DNA from: Octopus sinensis
Taxonomy: Eukaryota
Assembly (NCBI RefSeq): GCF_006345805.1
Contig: NC_043009.1
Location: forward strand, 24,242,001 to 24,306,000
Length of the DNA: 64,000 nucleotides
Direction: 5' to 3'
Of this stretch, positions 12,728 to 26,758 are shown piece after piece. The notes beneath the pieces are model-generated. The model was not told the origin of the DNA. It saw nothing but the letters and a program-made list of their open reading frames with translations, and did no database searches. How positions within the stretch are numbered: the first letter of the stretch is position 1; every line of letters begins with the position of its first letter. The translations under genes and the position numbers were made by a program.

Positions 12728-12827
12728 ATACATCGTCGATAAGAAAACGTTCTCCGATGTGACATCCAACGTATGTTAATGTCCGAGCGTACAACAGCGT
12801 GGATAGAATGAAAGTACACGCCAGCAT
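12728..12827 (-). CDS. Candidate first coding segment of a host gene (exon 12850-12728): MLACTFILSTLLYARTLTYVGCHIGERFLIDDV, signal-peptide-like, phase-1 donor
   Basis: Acceptor gttgttcttacAG|G at 12851/12850; ATG in CAAA-ATG context at 12827; donor gtat|GTAAGC at 12728/12727; 123-nt exon in unique sequence. Product not recognised; splice sites identified by eye. Confidence 0.45.
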
Positions 12828-13119
12828 TTTGGTTGACACTGTTTGCGCACCTGTAAGAACAACATCGGCAGTAGCAGCAACAGCAACAACAAAAACAGCA
12901 ATAACATTCACAATAATAAAACGAATAATAAATAATGATAATTATAGGATTGTAGTATTTGTAATATAATGCATATTATATATTATATATATATATATAT
13001 ATATCTATATATATATATAATATATATAGTGATAATTATAATTCTCTCTTTTGGTGGAACACTGCAACCTGAAGTCTATATCATTTTGTACACATACACA
13101 CCACAAACACACAACATTC

Positions 13120-13165
<46 letters not shown>

Positions 13166-13221
13166 TACTTGCGTTATAGAAATTAACAATTAAACACTGA
13201 AATACCCAAAAGGTTAACATC

Positions 13222-13272
13222 TTATAAGGCGGTGCCCCAGCATGGCCGCAGTCAGATGACTGAAATAAGTAA
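13222..13272 (+). mobile_element. Isolated 3' tail of SINE family B
   Basis: aaggcggtgccccagcatggccgcagtcagatgactgaaataagtaa matches the 3' end of the full copy at 44435-44840. Confidence 0.7.
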
Positions 13273-13339
13273 CACAGTATGAGTATATATAAATATGTAC
13301 ATATCTATGTATATGAATATATATATATATATATATATA

Positions 13340-13393
<54 letters not shown>

Positions 13394-13407
13394 TATAGAT
13401 ATATATA

Positions 13408-13478
<71 letters not shown>

Positions 13479-13561
13479 CAGAGGGAGATTTCACGAAAAA
13501 ACAAAAGACAAAGACAGGTGGTGTATAAAACAAACAGATGTATTAGCTCATGAAATTGAAA

Positions 13562-13605
<44 letters not shown>

Positions 13606-13664
13606 CATACATATACATGTATGTATATATATATATATTATATATATATACATACACATACATG

Positions 13665-13746
<82 letters not shown>

Positions 13747-14307
13747 GTGTGTGTGTGTGTTGTGTGTGTGTGTGTGTGTGTATAAGAGACCAAAGTGTAC
13801 GTACCCCTACGCTATGTGCTTTATATATAAAAAATACAAAAAAGGGTCAACAAAACATCCAGACAGACGATACAAAGAAAATAAGCACGAGTTATTCGGT
13901 TTTTTCTTTCCTCGGTCGAGTTCCCGATTATCTTTGCAATTTCGGTTGGTTATACTCGAGTATAACGCAAGATAGATTTCACACGCATTTTATAAGTTTA
14001 AAGCTGCTCATAGTATTCTTAGTGTTTACAGAATTGTAAAAATCGACGTTGCTTAACAAAAATCATCGCAGCAAACTCACATAAAAGTGCTTTTACTAAC
14101 GGAAAAAAGCAAAGCTTTGCTTTGGTGGATATGGCTAGCACACTTTCACGTAAACAATGAAGTGTGGTCTCAAGTCCCACGTGCACGGAAATGCTTACTT
14201 GTTTTCTGTCGTGGGCTTATTCCCCCATTATTAGATCATTTTCTTTAGCCATTGCGTGGTGATCTGTTATAAGATTTAAGCTTATAAATACTATTATTTT
14301 TATGTAC

Positions 14308-14353
<46 letters not shown>

Positions 14354-14964
14354 TTGTATATTATACGTATAATGAAAACAGTAAGAATGGGCTGGAAATG
14401 CGCTAAATACACATGTTTATCTGAATGAAACATTAGTTTTTATCATGGGAAATAAATATTTCTATTATATATCTTTACATTTCAAAGCAGAGATGCAAAA
14501 TTATGTTTTTTAGAGATTTAATGTTCTCAATATTTTCACTGTAAAAATATTAGTGTATGTGTTTTAGTAGATAGGTTTCACACACACACACACACTCACA
14601 CACATACACACACACATATAAACACGCACACACGTACACGAAAATACGCACGCACACACACTCATACACGCACGCGGAGTCAGATATTAGCGAAAGGACT
14701 CGTATAGGAAACGTTTTCTTATCAAAAATGTTTTCATAAAAAAAATGTTAAACTGAATAAAATGTTAGTGCAAGTTGTCACCGAAAGAGGATTTTGCAGC
14801 AGAATGATAATGGTATTTTGCTAATGAGTTTCACAGTAGGTCATCTTATAATAGTTTAAAGTATTTTCTTCAATGCATTTATTGGGAGATCTCTGTGAGA
14901 TTAATTTTATATAGTCTATGTCTGTCTGTGTATAAGTGTATATGTGCATGTATATATGTATATA

Positions 14965-15100
14965 TGTGTATTCGCCATGATAGATCGCTAGCCACTACAC
15001 ATTTTCCATTTTCTCTCTCTGTTTATTTCTGTGTTCCTTTCTGTCGAAGAGCGTAGGCTAGAAACGTAAAAGACTTTCTCACTTCGCGAGCGTTATTTTT
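14965..15100 (+). repeat. Dispersed Penelope pLTR-like repeat carrying a degenerate hammerhead-like motif
   Basis: cgccatgatagatcgctagccactacac...ttcctttctgtcgaagagcgtaggctagaaacgtaaaagac also occurs at ~45660-45800 (+) and ~36900-37035 and ~37615-37745 (-). Confidence 0.6.
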
Positions 15101-15264
15101 TTGTAAATTCTCACTATATGTATATATGCATGTACTTATCTCTCAATGTATAGTGAGTGCACTATCGTTTTCAATGAAGGGACTTTCAATTGAATAATAT
15201 GAAGGCCTACAGGTGAAATTAGTGAGTAATCCAAAGGGGAATGTACTTGTAATGTAATACTCAC

Positions 15265-15360
15265 TTCTTTTCTACGTTGATTATAGTGTGAAGCGGGTGG
15301 ATCTTTGAGTTTATAGGTACGGTAAAGAACGGAAGGAAAAGTGAAAGCACGTGTAAACGA
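15265..15360 (-). other. Candidate 5'UTR exon of the minus-strand host gene (96 nt, no ATG)
   Basis: Acceptor ccatttctttttctttcAG|T at 15361/15360; donor agaa|GTGAGT at 15265/15264. Confidence 0.5.
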
Positions 15361-16360
15361 CTGAAAGAAAAAGAAATGGCATCCTGCGTTCATTTTAGCT
15401 GGAACCGGCGGGATTTGCAGTCAGAGGTGAGGGTGAATCAGATAACCATAAGACAGTCCATATACACCTTAAAAATTCTTGGAGAGATAGATTGATACAT
15501 ACATACATACATACATACATACATACATACATGCATGCATACATACATACAAACATACATACATACATACATACATACATACATACATACATACATACAT
15601 ACATACATACATACAACATGCATTAACACATATCTGAGACTCTTTAAATGAACACATGCTCACACTTGGTTGTGGGCATCTACAAAGATACACTCACTCA
15701 TCCCAAAATTAATGGCACACATAATCTCTCTCTATCACACACACACACACACAGACACTTTCATGCACACAAACACACAGTCACATGCACACAAGCACCT
15801 TAGTACTAAAGAGACATGACATTACAAAACCTAAGTACATGTACATACACCAACTTATATACTCATGCTAACTCAACCACGTAGTTACAAACCCTGAGGG
15901 CAGTCTTAAATGAAAATGCCTCGACCCTTTGTTAGAAGTCGGTTTGAAGAATAAAAACTAAATACAGATATAAATACTAGTAATGATATATTTTGTACTT
16001 GTCCGCATTTTACAAAATACTTCATAGCGGGGCACACCAGACTCCATTTCAGTGCCGGTTTATGCAGGTTTCCATATTCGTAAACCATTGGTTATTTCAT
16101 GTGCAGTGAATTATCTTCCCAAGATTTCCCCCTGTGTTTTACGGAATTCTGCTTTTTCAAACCTGGACTGTATCGTACATCATTATTAAGACTTTTATGG
16201 ATTTTACCAGCCTGGTAAATGGCGAAATAGATTAGTATTTCGGCCATGAAACCCTAGGTAGCCGTGTTTCACAAATCGTTTAAGGCATTTTAAAAATATA
16301 TATCTTTACCCTCTTACCTCACTGAATGCTATAATACTTGTTGCAATTCATACTACACAC

Positions 16361-16414
<54 letters not shown>

Positions 16415-17421
16415 ACAAACACACACACCACACAAATACACACAAACATACATATGCTTGAATTTTGTATGTCTTTTTCTGTTTCTTCCTTTTGCCCAAC
16501 ATCACCTGGCAATCGGTTTTGGTCAGTCCACGTCCCTGTAACTTAGCACTCTGGCAAAAGCGACCGATATAATATCGACGCGACACATATCGACGCGACA
16601 TATGTAGTGGTGTTGATTCGTTCGATTAAAACCTCTTATAGCTGTGTTCGAGGATGGAACATAGACATGTATGTCTAAATGTATATGCACACACATGTAC
16701 GTCAAAATGTCGCTCATACAAACAGATAACTAGAATGACAGATAGGCAGACAAGGAGACAAGCAGGCAGGCAGACTGACACTCCAACTGGCAGAAAGGTA
16801 GAAAGATATAGACATACAGCAGCAATATAACATCACATAATATATGAATCTGTCATAATAAAGCATTTGAATATGCAGTAATAATTCACACATAAGGAGG
16901 GAAAATTATATTCCATAAATATATATACCGTACATCATCAAATATGATAGCTGTCTAAGAGAGCTATATCGATTAACCGTCTGATCGAATGAATAAAAGG
17001 TGGTGGTAGGTGATTGTGATGGCGATGGATGAAGTTGAATTTAGGTTGGGAACTGAAAACGAATGGAAAGTGGGTAGTTTGCAAGAACTAGCTGGCAGTT
17101 ATTACGTGAAGATATGTCTCAATCACTTTCTCTACTCAACACCACGCCGTCAACAGCGCTCTTTGTTTTATTTCCAGCTGTCAAATAATCTTTTATATGT
17201 GAGTGGTGTGGATTCCGGTTCGCTTCCAGCCAGGCTTGATCTAACTACTGTGGAAAATAATTTAGTGTATCATTATTAAGAACTTACTGGGTGTATATAT
17301 ATTGATATGTATGATTTTTTTGAATGCATATCACATTTGTAGCTAGCTCTCACTTCGATCAGTGCACGGCGTGGATGTGTATGAGCATTTTTATTCGGCA
17401 CATGATATGTATGTATGTATG

Positions 17422-17520
<99 letters not shown>

Positions 17521-18182
17521 GGATGGGGATAATATAATATAAACAAGGGTATGGATGATAATAGGATTCTATAGTAGATCACAACATTTGTTTATGCACC
17601 TGTTTATGTATGAGCGACACACCAGGTTTGAGTTACTGAATCTATAACCATTATAGATGATCGTTCTTTAAAATTATATTGAAATGTGATATTTGAATAT
17701 TCTTCAGCAACACACACTCATGTGTGTGTGTCTGATATTTGCCAAATTATAGCATTTCTATAATACAAAAGTTTTTACATAGAATTTTAATGTATATGGG
17801 ATAAGGAATCTCCAAAATGAAAGAGTAAAGACTAGGGCATCTTTTTCATCGTCTCATTTGGTTTTAATAGCATAACAAAGGCATCAATTATGCTGCATTT
17901 CTCCGCATACAATTCGGCGTAGTACATACTGTGCACATGTAGTTGAAGCATTCAGAATCGTCACCATCTTTTGCAGATCCCGTTTCATTTCTCACAAAAT
18001 ATTTAGTATTTCGTATTAATGCTTCTCTGATGAGGTCATGATAATATCAAAACCTGTCATCCAGTGTTTTATACGCTAGCCAGTAAATAAATAAATGCCG
18101 CTGAGTACTGATATTTAGTTTTCACAAAATATATGTATTTACCATGCGAAGTATTAAATGCGTTAACATTGATTTAATATTG

Positions 18183-18281
<99 letters not shown>

Positions 18282-18687
18282 TCGATAAGATAAAAGAACC
18301 ATATAAGCAAATCTTGTTTCAATTGGGTTTATTTTCATTTACCTATATTTAATAGGTGATATCCTTTCTTCTCGTATATTTTGCCATAATTTCTTTCCTT
18401 GCATTTTGTTCTCACTGCTAACGGATGATAAAAAAGGTAATCATTGAAAAGTTTAGCGTTAATGCCATCAGTCACGCAATCCGTCTGTGAGCTGATACAT
18501 ACATACATACATACATACATACACATTATGCATGCACACAAAAACACACGCATACATGTTCAGTCGATTAATTTAATTTAATAATTGAAAATTGGTAAAA
18601 CACGAAACTTGGTTTCACAATTTGGAAATTTCGTATGAATATATAAAATATATATTTTATTTTTAAGTTGATATCTATATGTATCTA

Positions 18688-18727
<40 letters not shown>

Positions 18728-19104
18728 AATTAATAAATAAAAGATATGCATATATACATGCATATATGTACGTACCTACCTCTACATGTATATATACATC
18801 GTCGAACACAATGAGAAACAAGAACATAAACACAAAGCCAAAGAATGAAAAAATAGAGTACAGGACAAATAACACAAAGAAAATTCCCCTTCTTCAGTCG
18901 CCATGGTTTCATCTACTCTGCGTTTCAAAGGTGAAGGCGATGCGCATCTTCGATAGAAAATTTCCTTCCCGCGAAAAGCAAATTAAATAAAATTTGAGAT
19001 CTTTTTGCGGAGGGGTAAAAATGGTAACAAAAACAGGACAGTAACGACAGTACAAAATATAAACAGTAAAAGATAGGACAAGGAGAATAACAAGACAAGA
19101 AGGG

Positions 19105-19385
19105 CTGTTAAGCCGAACGAGATAAAAGTATTACGAACGCTAGATCGTGGTTTCGGTTCCTGGACCGGGCAACGCGTTATGTTCTTGAGCAAAACACGTC
19201 ATTTCAAGTTGCTACAGTTCACTCAGATGGCAAAAAGGACTAACCCTACAACCTCACCTCCAGGTGAGAAATATATCACTGGACGGCAGTCCTGTACAGG
19301 TGAGGAATATATACGCCACAGAAATCAGGAAAACGGCCCTTATGAATCGGTATAACTCGGGAAGGAAACTTTACTTACCTTCAAA
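19105..19385 (+). mobile_element. Degenerate tRNA-derived CORE-type SINE
   Basis: B-box-like ggtttcggttcctggacc, then CORE-like gttatgttcttgagcaaaacac...gttgctacagttcactcag. Confidence 0.6.
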
Positions 19386-20029
19386 ACAAGAATAGCAACG
19401 GAAGTAATATTAATAACACCACACCTCCGTCTGTCTGTGCCGCTGTTGGTATCCATCTTCAACCTCGGATACCATCCCAAATCCCATAATCAGCATGCTA
19501 ATTGGACAGAAAATACCTACAGTTTGATTCAAAAGTTGCCATACATAAGAGCAATATATTTTTTAAATAGGAAACAATTTATTACATGAGTTTTTTTTAT
19601 TTAACAGGCTCTATATAGTTACCATTGTTTTGAATACTCATTGCAATACGTTTACTCTACCCATTCTGAACTCGTAATGGCACATGTTGTTGATACATGG
19701 ACTTTTGAATCACCCAGTATAACTTCCTTATATCATTTGCTTTTTGGTTATTGTATTTATTCACTTGTTTGTATATAGATATTCTTCGGTGTCATTTAGT
19801 ATGTACATGTATACACGTACACAATAAATGATACTGAAGGATTGAAATGTGTGTGTGTGTATATATGTGTGTGACAATAAATATCTGTACGTCTATACAT
19901 GTATTGGATATTTGTCTATTATATCTCAATACTTGAGAATGGTTATATATATCAATATAAATATATTTTAAATTATCTGCACCCACATTTTCATCTCTCT
20001 CACACTCCCCCTCTCTCCCTATCTATCTG

Positions 20030-20084
<55 letters not shown>

Positions 20085-20520
20085 ATCTATCTGTTTATAT
20101 ATATGTATATGTATATGTATATATATATATGTATATGTATATGTATATATACATATATGATATGATATATGATGACATATATATATAGTATGTATATATA
20201 TATATATATATATATAGATATATATATACATCTTTACGTGTCTCATACCTCACTCTTTCTATATATACGTATGTACGTATTAGGTAAGTATATATGCATG
20301 CATGTCTGCCTGTTATCTATCTATCTATCTATTTATGCATATATCTATAAGTATATATATATATATATATACATTATATATATATATATATATTGTACAT
20401 ATATATATATATATATATATATACTTATAGTGCTTCATCCATCCATCCATATTATATAATACATCATATATATATATATATTAATATCTATATATTATAC
20501 TATATATATATATATATATA

Positions 20521-20913
20521 TGGATGGATGGAAGCACTCGTCGGTTACGACGATGAGGGTTCTGGTTTGATCCGAATCAAGGAAAACAGCCTGCTCGTGA
20601 AATAACGTGTAAGTGGCTGAGCACCCACAGACACGTGTACCCTTAACGTAGTTCTCGGGGCATTCAGCGTGACACCAGAGAGTGACAGGCCGGCCCCTTG
20701 AAATACAGGTACAACCGAAACAGGAAGTAAGAGTGAGAGAAAGTTGTGTGTTGAAAGAGTACAGCAGGGATCACCACCATCCCCTGCCGGAGGCCTCGTG
20801 GAGCTTTTAGGTGTTTTCTCTCAATAAACACTCACAACACCCGGTCTGGGAATCGAAACCGCGATCCTATGACCGCGAGTCCGCTGCCCTAACCACTGGG
20901 CCATTGCGCCTCC

Positions 20914-20914
<1 letters not shown>
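20521..20914 (-). mobile_element. tRNA-derived SINE, near full length
   Basis: Head tggaggcgcaatggcccagtggttagggcagcggactcgcggtc...ggtttcgattccc has A/B-box-like motifs. Tail ctacgttaagggtacacgtgtc...cgtcgtaaccga is shared with 51918-52220 and 57445-57740. Confidence 0.85.
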
Positions 20915-20965
<51 letters not shown>

Positions 20966-21530
20966 ATTATCTACATTACTTCATGAGTATAGCCTCAACC
21001 ACTAGGATGTCTAGAGAACTCACATGTATTTTAGCTGATGAGTACGGGACACGTTTATATGCTGTAATTTTTACACTTTTAATAAGCCTGTCCTTGTATG
21101 AAACGATTGTACTAAAAACCTATCCATTCTTGTTGCTTCTTTCTCGCTTATAATCCCCCACATTACTGTATGTTTAAACAGTATAGTTTTCTTTTGGTGC
21201 ATCTAAGTTAGGTACCATATTCAAGTAAATTCATTTAAATTAACTTGAATCTTTATTGCTTTTTTATATATATAAATATATATATATATATATGTCTTTG
21301 TATATATGCATGTGTGTATATACACACACGCATATAGATGCAGATGTTTTTATGTATATATTCCAATAGTTTGATACATCGATATGTATATATTTCTATA
21401 GGGCAATATATCAACATGTCGACATTTCTGTTTATGCATTGCTGTCTTACATTACTATATTCATATACCTATGTATATGAATATAACATCTATTTCTCTC
21501 TCTCTCTCTCTCTGCCTCCCTCCTCTATCT

Positions 21531-21619
<89 letters not shown>

Positions 21620-21639
21620 ATCTCTATCTACTATCCATC

Positions 21640-21695
<56 letters not shown>

Positions 21696-22416
21696 TTACC
21701 TACATATATATGTAGATGTTAGTATCTCTCCTTTCCCATCTGTACATACATACACACATACACACACACACACACAAACATATATATATATATATTTACA
21801 AACACGCGCGCACACACGCACGCACATATATATCGATATGTCTGTATTTGCTAAACATTCCATTGAATAGAGCTAGGGCAAGGAAATGTGGTGTATTTTT
21901 ATTTTTACGTATCATTGCTGATATAGATTTATGAATTAATATTTTCAATTTAATTTTAAATGATTTTCAGCAATTTATTTTATATTATTCGGGATTGTTT
22001 TTTTTCTTTTTTTTTCTGCCGCGACTCCATCACTCTCTATTTATTTCTAACTCTAAATAATTCACGCAATACCATGTACATAAATTTTCTTGCAATTTCG
22101 AAAGTATTATATATATATATTATATATGTACAGATATGTACACACACATATATTATTTTTTTCCGATGTGTAGGAGTTTTGTATATGCATTTATACATTT
22201 AATATTCATATACTTCATATTTTTCCTTGAGACGTCAGAAAATAATTTTGAAATTAAAGTAAAGAAAGGAAGAATAAAAAATAAACGCAGGGGCAACATA
22301 TACACATTGCTCAAAATAGAAGAAAAAGCAAAAGAAATGAAACATGAAACGGTAAACGCGATATGAATCTCATATATATGTATGTATATATATATATATA
22401 TATATATAATGTATAC

Positions 22417-22447
<31 letters not shown>

Positions 22448-22826
22448 GACATACATACATATATATATATATATAAATACATACATACATAAATATATAT
22501 ATATATATGTAGATCTATATATATGTATACACAAACACACACACTTGCGCGCGCGCGCATATATATATATGCATGTTTACTTTGCGTTCGATGTGATAGT
22601 GTACCTTCTATGGATATAGGTGTATTGGAAGTGTGAATTTTGGTGTCGTTATGTGCCCGAGATTGAGAAGATTATGAGATTGATCGATTTCATGTACGCC
22701 GGTGTGTGCATACTTTGAATTAATGTCTAATCCACATACAATATCTGGTCCGTATTGAATACCCATTAAATTTTTATACATACATATATACATATGCACA
22801 TACATATATATTTGCACACACACACA

Positions 22827-22897
<71 letters not shown>

Positions 22898-23147
22898 TAT
22901 ATATATATATATATATATATATAGTATTGGATGTTTCTATTAGTATGCCGATAAAGCACGTTCACTGTCTATGGCTACCTGACGTTATCCACTGAAATTA
23001 TACAATAAAAGTTGTCGCTGGATCTACCTCTGGAATTCTTCAGTGTACGTGGAGTATAAAACAAATGACAGAGACGGAGAAGGGAATACGAGTGAAACCT
23101 TATTGCTCACAACGATCGTTTAGACACATCCTGCATCGGTCTCTCAC

Positions 23148-23340
23148 CGAAGGGAATATATACAGCTAGTGGTGGTACAACCCTTTTGCAGAGGTGTTTC
23201 GTCAGATGATGTAATATGAACTATCTCGTTAAATGAACTCTCTTTCGCTAGGATTTTATATAGCCTGTTGTTAGTGACCGTAGGTTGAAACAGTTGGGCA
23301 GGAATGGTGAGGTACAAATTCCGTTGCAATATTCTAGATA
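23148..23340 (-). other. Candidate 5'UTR exon of the minus-strand host gene (193 nt, no ATG)
   Basis: Acceptor ttcttcttatttttgttaattactccctgtcAG|T at 23341/23340; donor cttcg|GTGAGA at 23148/23147; unique, non-repetitive sequence. Confidence 0.45.
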
Positions 23341-23625
23341 CTGACAGGGAGTAATTAACAAAAATAAGAAGAATAAGGAAAATAAAACGTACAATTTAGT
23401 TAAACATTTGGTGTGTCAGTACACAACACTTCATGTACACCCGTTCACATTTGTATATCAGGTTTTGTATTTACGGGACATTAGGGATTATGAAACTACG
23501 GACACCTGAAATGTCTTTTAGATTTAGAGTTCAAATTTCGACAAAGACAATCTTGACATTTATCTCTTCGTTCATGAAACTGGTGCGTTCCGCTAGTAAT
23601 AGTAACATTATTATTATTATTATTA

Positions 23626-23674
<49 letters not shown>

Positions 23675-23676
<2 letters not shown>

Positions 23677-24238
23677 GAGTGAGAGAGCAGTGCACATGCC
23701 ATCAAAGGGACACTGGGGTAAAATATACGAAGCCCCAGTATACCCATCATGACTAACCCGTCTGATAAGGGTACACCAGGCACATGCATCACAAACCCAT
23801 ATGTGCGCGACATGATGATCTCATATCAAAATAAACAGACACATGACCTTGCGGTGGGGCCCAGTTAGATTTTCTTCAGGTTGAGTAGCCCATCCTGCTC
23901 AAACGGTCCCTGAATAAGGGTTGTTTAAGGATGTTGAAAGAACCACCATGTGTTCCAGAGGTGAATTATTCAAACCCAAAGAACTCTCTCAAACAGGCTA
24001 TGATGCTCCCCCACTACTTCTGCTCGTGATCAGAGATGCACATACGTCAGCAGCCACTAAGGGACATGCTCAACTGGTTTAGGTCAAACAACTGACAAAC
24101 AAATCTGTGGTATTTGAGCAGAATTTGCTGTAGCCCATCTTTTATATACCAAGACAAAACAATGTACATGATAAACACTTCCAATCAGTTAAGATCAAAG
24201 CCATGAGAGCCACTGCATGGTACTGCACATCAGGGCAT
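23675..24238 (-). mobile_element. ~560-bp non-coding interspersed element with (AAT)n tail, copy 1
   Basis: Reverse-complement match to 26143-26702; flanked by (ATT)n on both sides. Confidence 0.85.
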
Positions 24239-24335
24239 TATTATATTTATTATTTTATTATTATTATATTATGATTATTATTATTGTTGTTGTTGTTGTT
24301 GTTGTTATCATCATCATCATCATCATCCTCATTAA

Positions 24336-24371
<36 letters not shown>

Positions 24372-24419
24372 CATCATCATGATCACCATCATCATCATCA
24401 TTATTATTGTTATTATTTA

Positions 24420-25480
24420 AGACGTCTCACAGTATCAAATTACATGAGGTTGTTGATTGAAGATATTGTGTCTATCGGGGGTTTGCACTGTCTGCCAAGT
24501 CACAAGGACCTCAGACGGACAGTACCTTACGCAATATGCGTGCAGTTCCAAGTCATGTTGATTTTTGCAATACACTTAGATTGTAGGATATTTCTAAAGT
24601 TTCCATATGCTTCTTCCGGTTGGGTGGTATCGAACCCAATGCTCCGATGTCCACAGGGACAAACTTTATGTTTGATCTCGTAGCTGCCATATCTTGGTGA
24701 TCTCAATTCTCAGGTCTCCATATTAATCAATATTTTCTCTTTCTTTCATGAGATGTTGATCTGGCAATGCCACGTCAATTATAAGGCACTTCTTTTTATC
24801 CCTTCTAAACGTCACTATATCCGGCCTCCTGTGCTTTAACACCTTGTCTGTCTGGAAACTAAAATCACAATGGATTTTTGCCTTCCCTTCTTCGTCCAAG
24901 CACCCGTTACCTCATATTCATACTTCCGGCAGTGAAGATTTTGGGCTACCTTGTCGTGTCTACGCAAGACTTTCTGTGCAAGATTTTCAAAAGCACTAAC
25001 AATGGGAGTCATGCTTTTGACCCTCTTCCCACACATTCTGCAGAGGTTCGTTTCACTTGTGTGGTATATATCCCTTTTCACTGAGTTGCTGTTCCTGAGC
25101 AGCGATGATTAGGCTTTCGGACTTCTTTTTTTAGGTCACTCTTGCTGAGACACCTCCGTGACGATTCTTGGTCTTTTAAGTTCTTAGTTTCACGGTAGAA
25201 TTCAGAATGTAATTCCATGCAGATTAACGTTTCTTCACTCGTATTGGCTATTCGTGACCGGAATTCATCAGCACTCAACTCCATTGTTGGTACATTTTTC
25301 TGCATTCGCAGCTATTATTAAGGCGGAAGAATTTTTACTACGCTGGATGAAATGCTTAGAGGTATTTCGACCTTTGATACGGTCTGAGTTCAAATACTAT
25401 CAAGGTCGACTTTGCCTTCAATCCTGCCGGGGTCAATAAATTAACTACAAGTTTCAATCAATTAATCCCCTCTTCAGAAC
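24420..25480 (-). mobile_element. Degenerate R4/Dong-clade LINE, 3' part
   Basis: CRMCGKRV...RRHDKVAQNLH (CCHC), then DVALPD...YGDLRIEITKIW...VPVDIGALG (RLE); 3' end runs into (AAT)n. Confidence 0.8.
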
Positions 25481-25519
25481 TTTCAGGTCTCGTGCCTATA
25501 ATAGAAAGAATTATTATTA

Positions 25520-25593
<74 letters not shown>

Positions 25594-25599
25594 TTCAGT

Positions 25600-26039
25600 A
25601 ATTTAAATTTTATAGCGTGCTTTCACTTCACTACCGAGCGCAGCTCTGTGTGCCTTGGGAATGTGCTGTGGTTTGCTGTGATGCTCTTATGGTTACTTTA
25701 TTGAAAGTGTTTTGCGTAGGTTGTGTGCAGTGCTCAGTAGTGCAATTTTCTGTATATTATATATATTCGTAAATCCTGGTGTTTTTGTTATGTATTTGTT
25801 CGAATATTTTTTATCATACCTAATGCGCCCACTATGATAGGAATCGTTTCTGATTTTTAGATTCACATTCGAGTTACCTCTATTTCCAGGTCTTTGAATT
25901 TTGTAAGTTTCCCCATGTCTTTTAGAGAAACGTTGTCATCTGCTGGTATTGAAACATCAATTAAAAAGCATTTTTGCTTCATGATCTCTGACAACTATCT
26001 GGCCTATTGACCTTAATTTCTCTATCTGTGTGTATTGGC

Positions 26040-26040
<1 letters not shown>
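25600..26040 (-). mobile_element. Short 5'-truncated R4/Dong-clade LINE (RLE C-terminus plus 3'UTR)
   Basis: PIHTDREIKVNRPD...CFLIDVSIP...KFKDLEIEVTRM...TIPIIVGALG with indels; (AAT)n tail on the minus strand. Confidence 0.8.
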
Positions 26041-26104
<64 letters not shown>

Positions 26105-26142
26105 TATTAATAAATAATAATATTAATAATAATAATTATAAT

Positions 26143-26700
26143 AAATGCCCTGATGCAGTACCAGGCAGTGGCTCTCATGGCTTCTGATCTTAACTGATTG
26201 GAAGTGTTATCATGTACATTGTTTTGTCTTGGTATAAAAGATGGGCTACAGCAAATATTCTGCTCAATACCACAGATTTGCTTGTCAGTTGTTTGACCGT
26301 AACCAGTTGAGCATGTCCCTTCGTGGCTGACGATATGTGCATCTCTGATCACGAGCAGAAGTAGTGGGGGAGCATCATAGCCATGTGTTGAGAGGGATTC
26401 TTTGGGGTTTGAATAATTCACCTCTGGAAACATGGGTGGTTCTTTCAACATCCTTAAACAACCCTTATTCAGGGACCGTTTGAGCGGGATGGGCTACTCA
26501 ACCTGAAGAAAATTGTAACTGGGCCCCACCTGCAAGGTCATGTGCTGTTTATCTTGATATGAGATCACCATGTCGCGCCCATATGGTTGTGATGCATGTG
26601 CCTGGTGTACCTTTATCAGACGGGTAGTCATGATGGGTATATTGGGCTTCGTATATTTTACCCCAGTGTCAATTTGATGGCATGAACTGCTCTCTCACTC

Positions 26701-26702
<2 letters not shown>
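26143..26702 (+). mobile_element. ~560-bp non-coding interspersed element with (AAT)n tail, copy 2
   Basis: aaatgccctgatgcagtaccaggc...gcatgaactgctctctcactcAATAAT; (AAT)n on both sides. Confidence 0.85.

Positions 26703-26758
<56 letters not shown>

Noticed and set aside
18020-18065. CTGATGAGGTC hammerhead-like core
   Set aside because: No complementary stem II and no GAAA; too degenerate to support.
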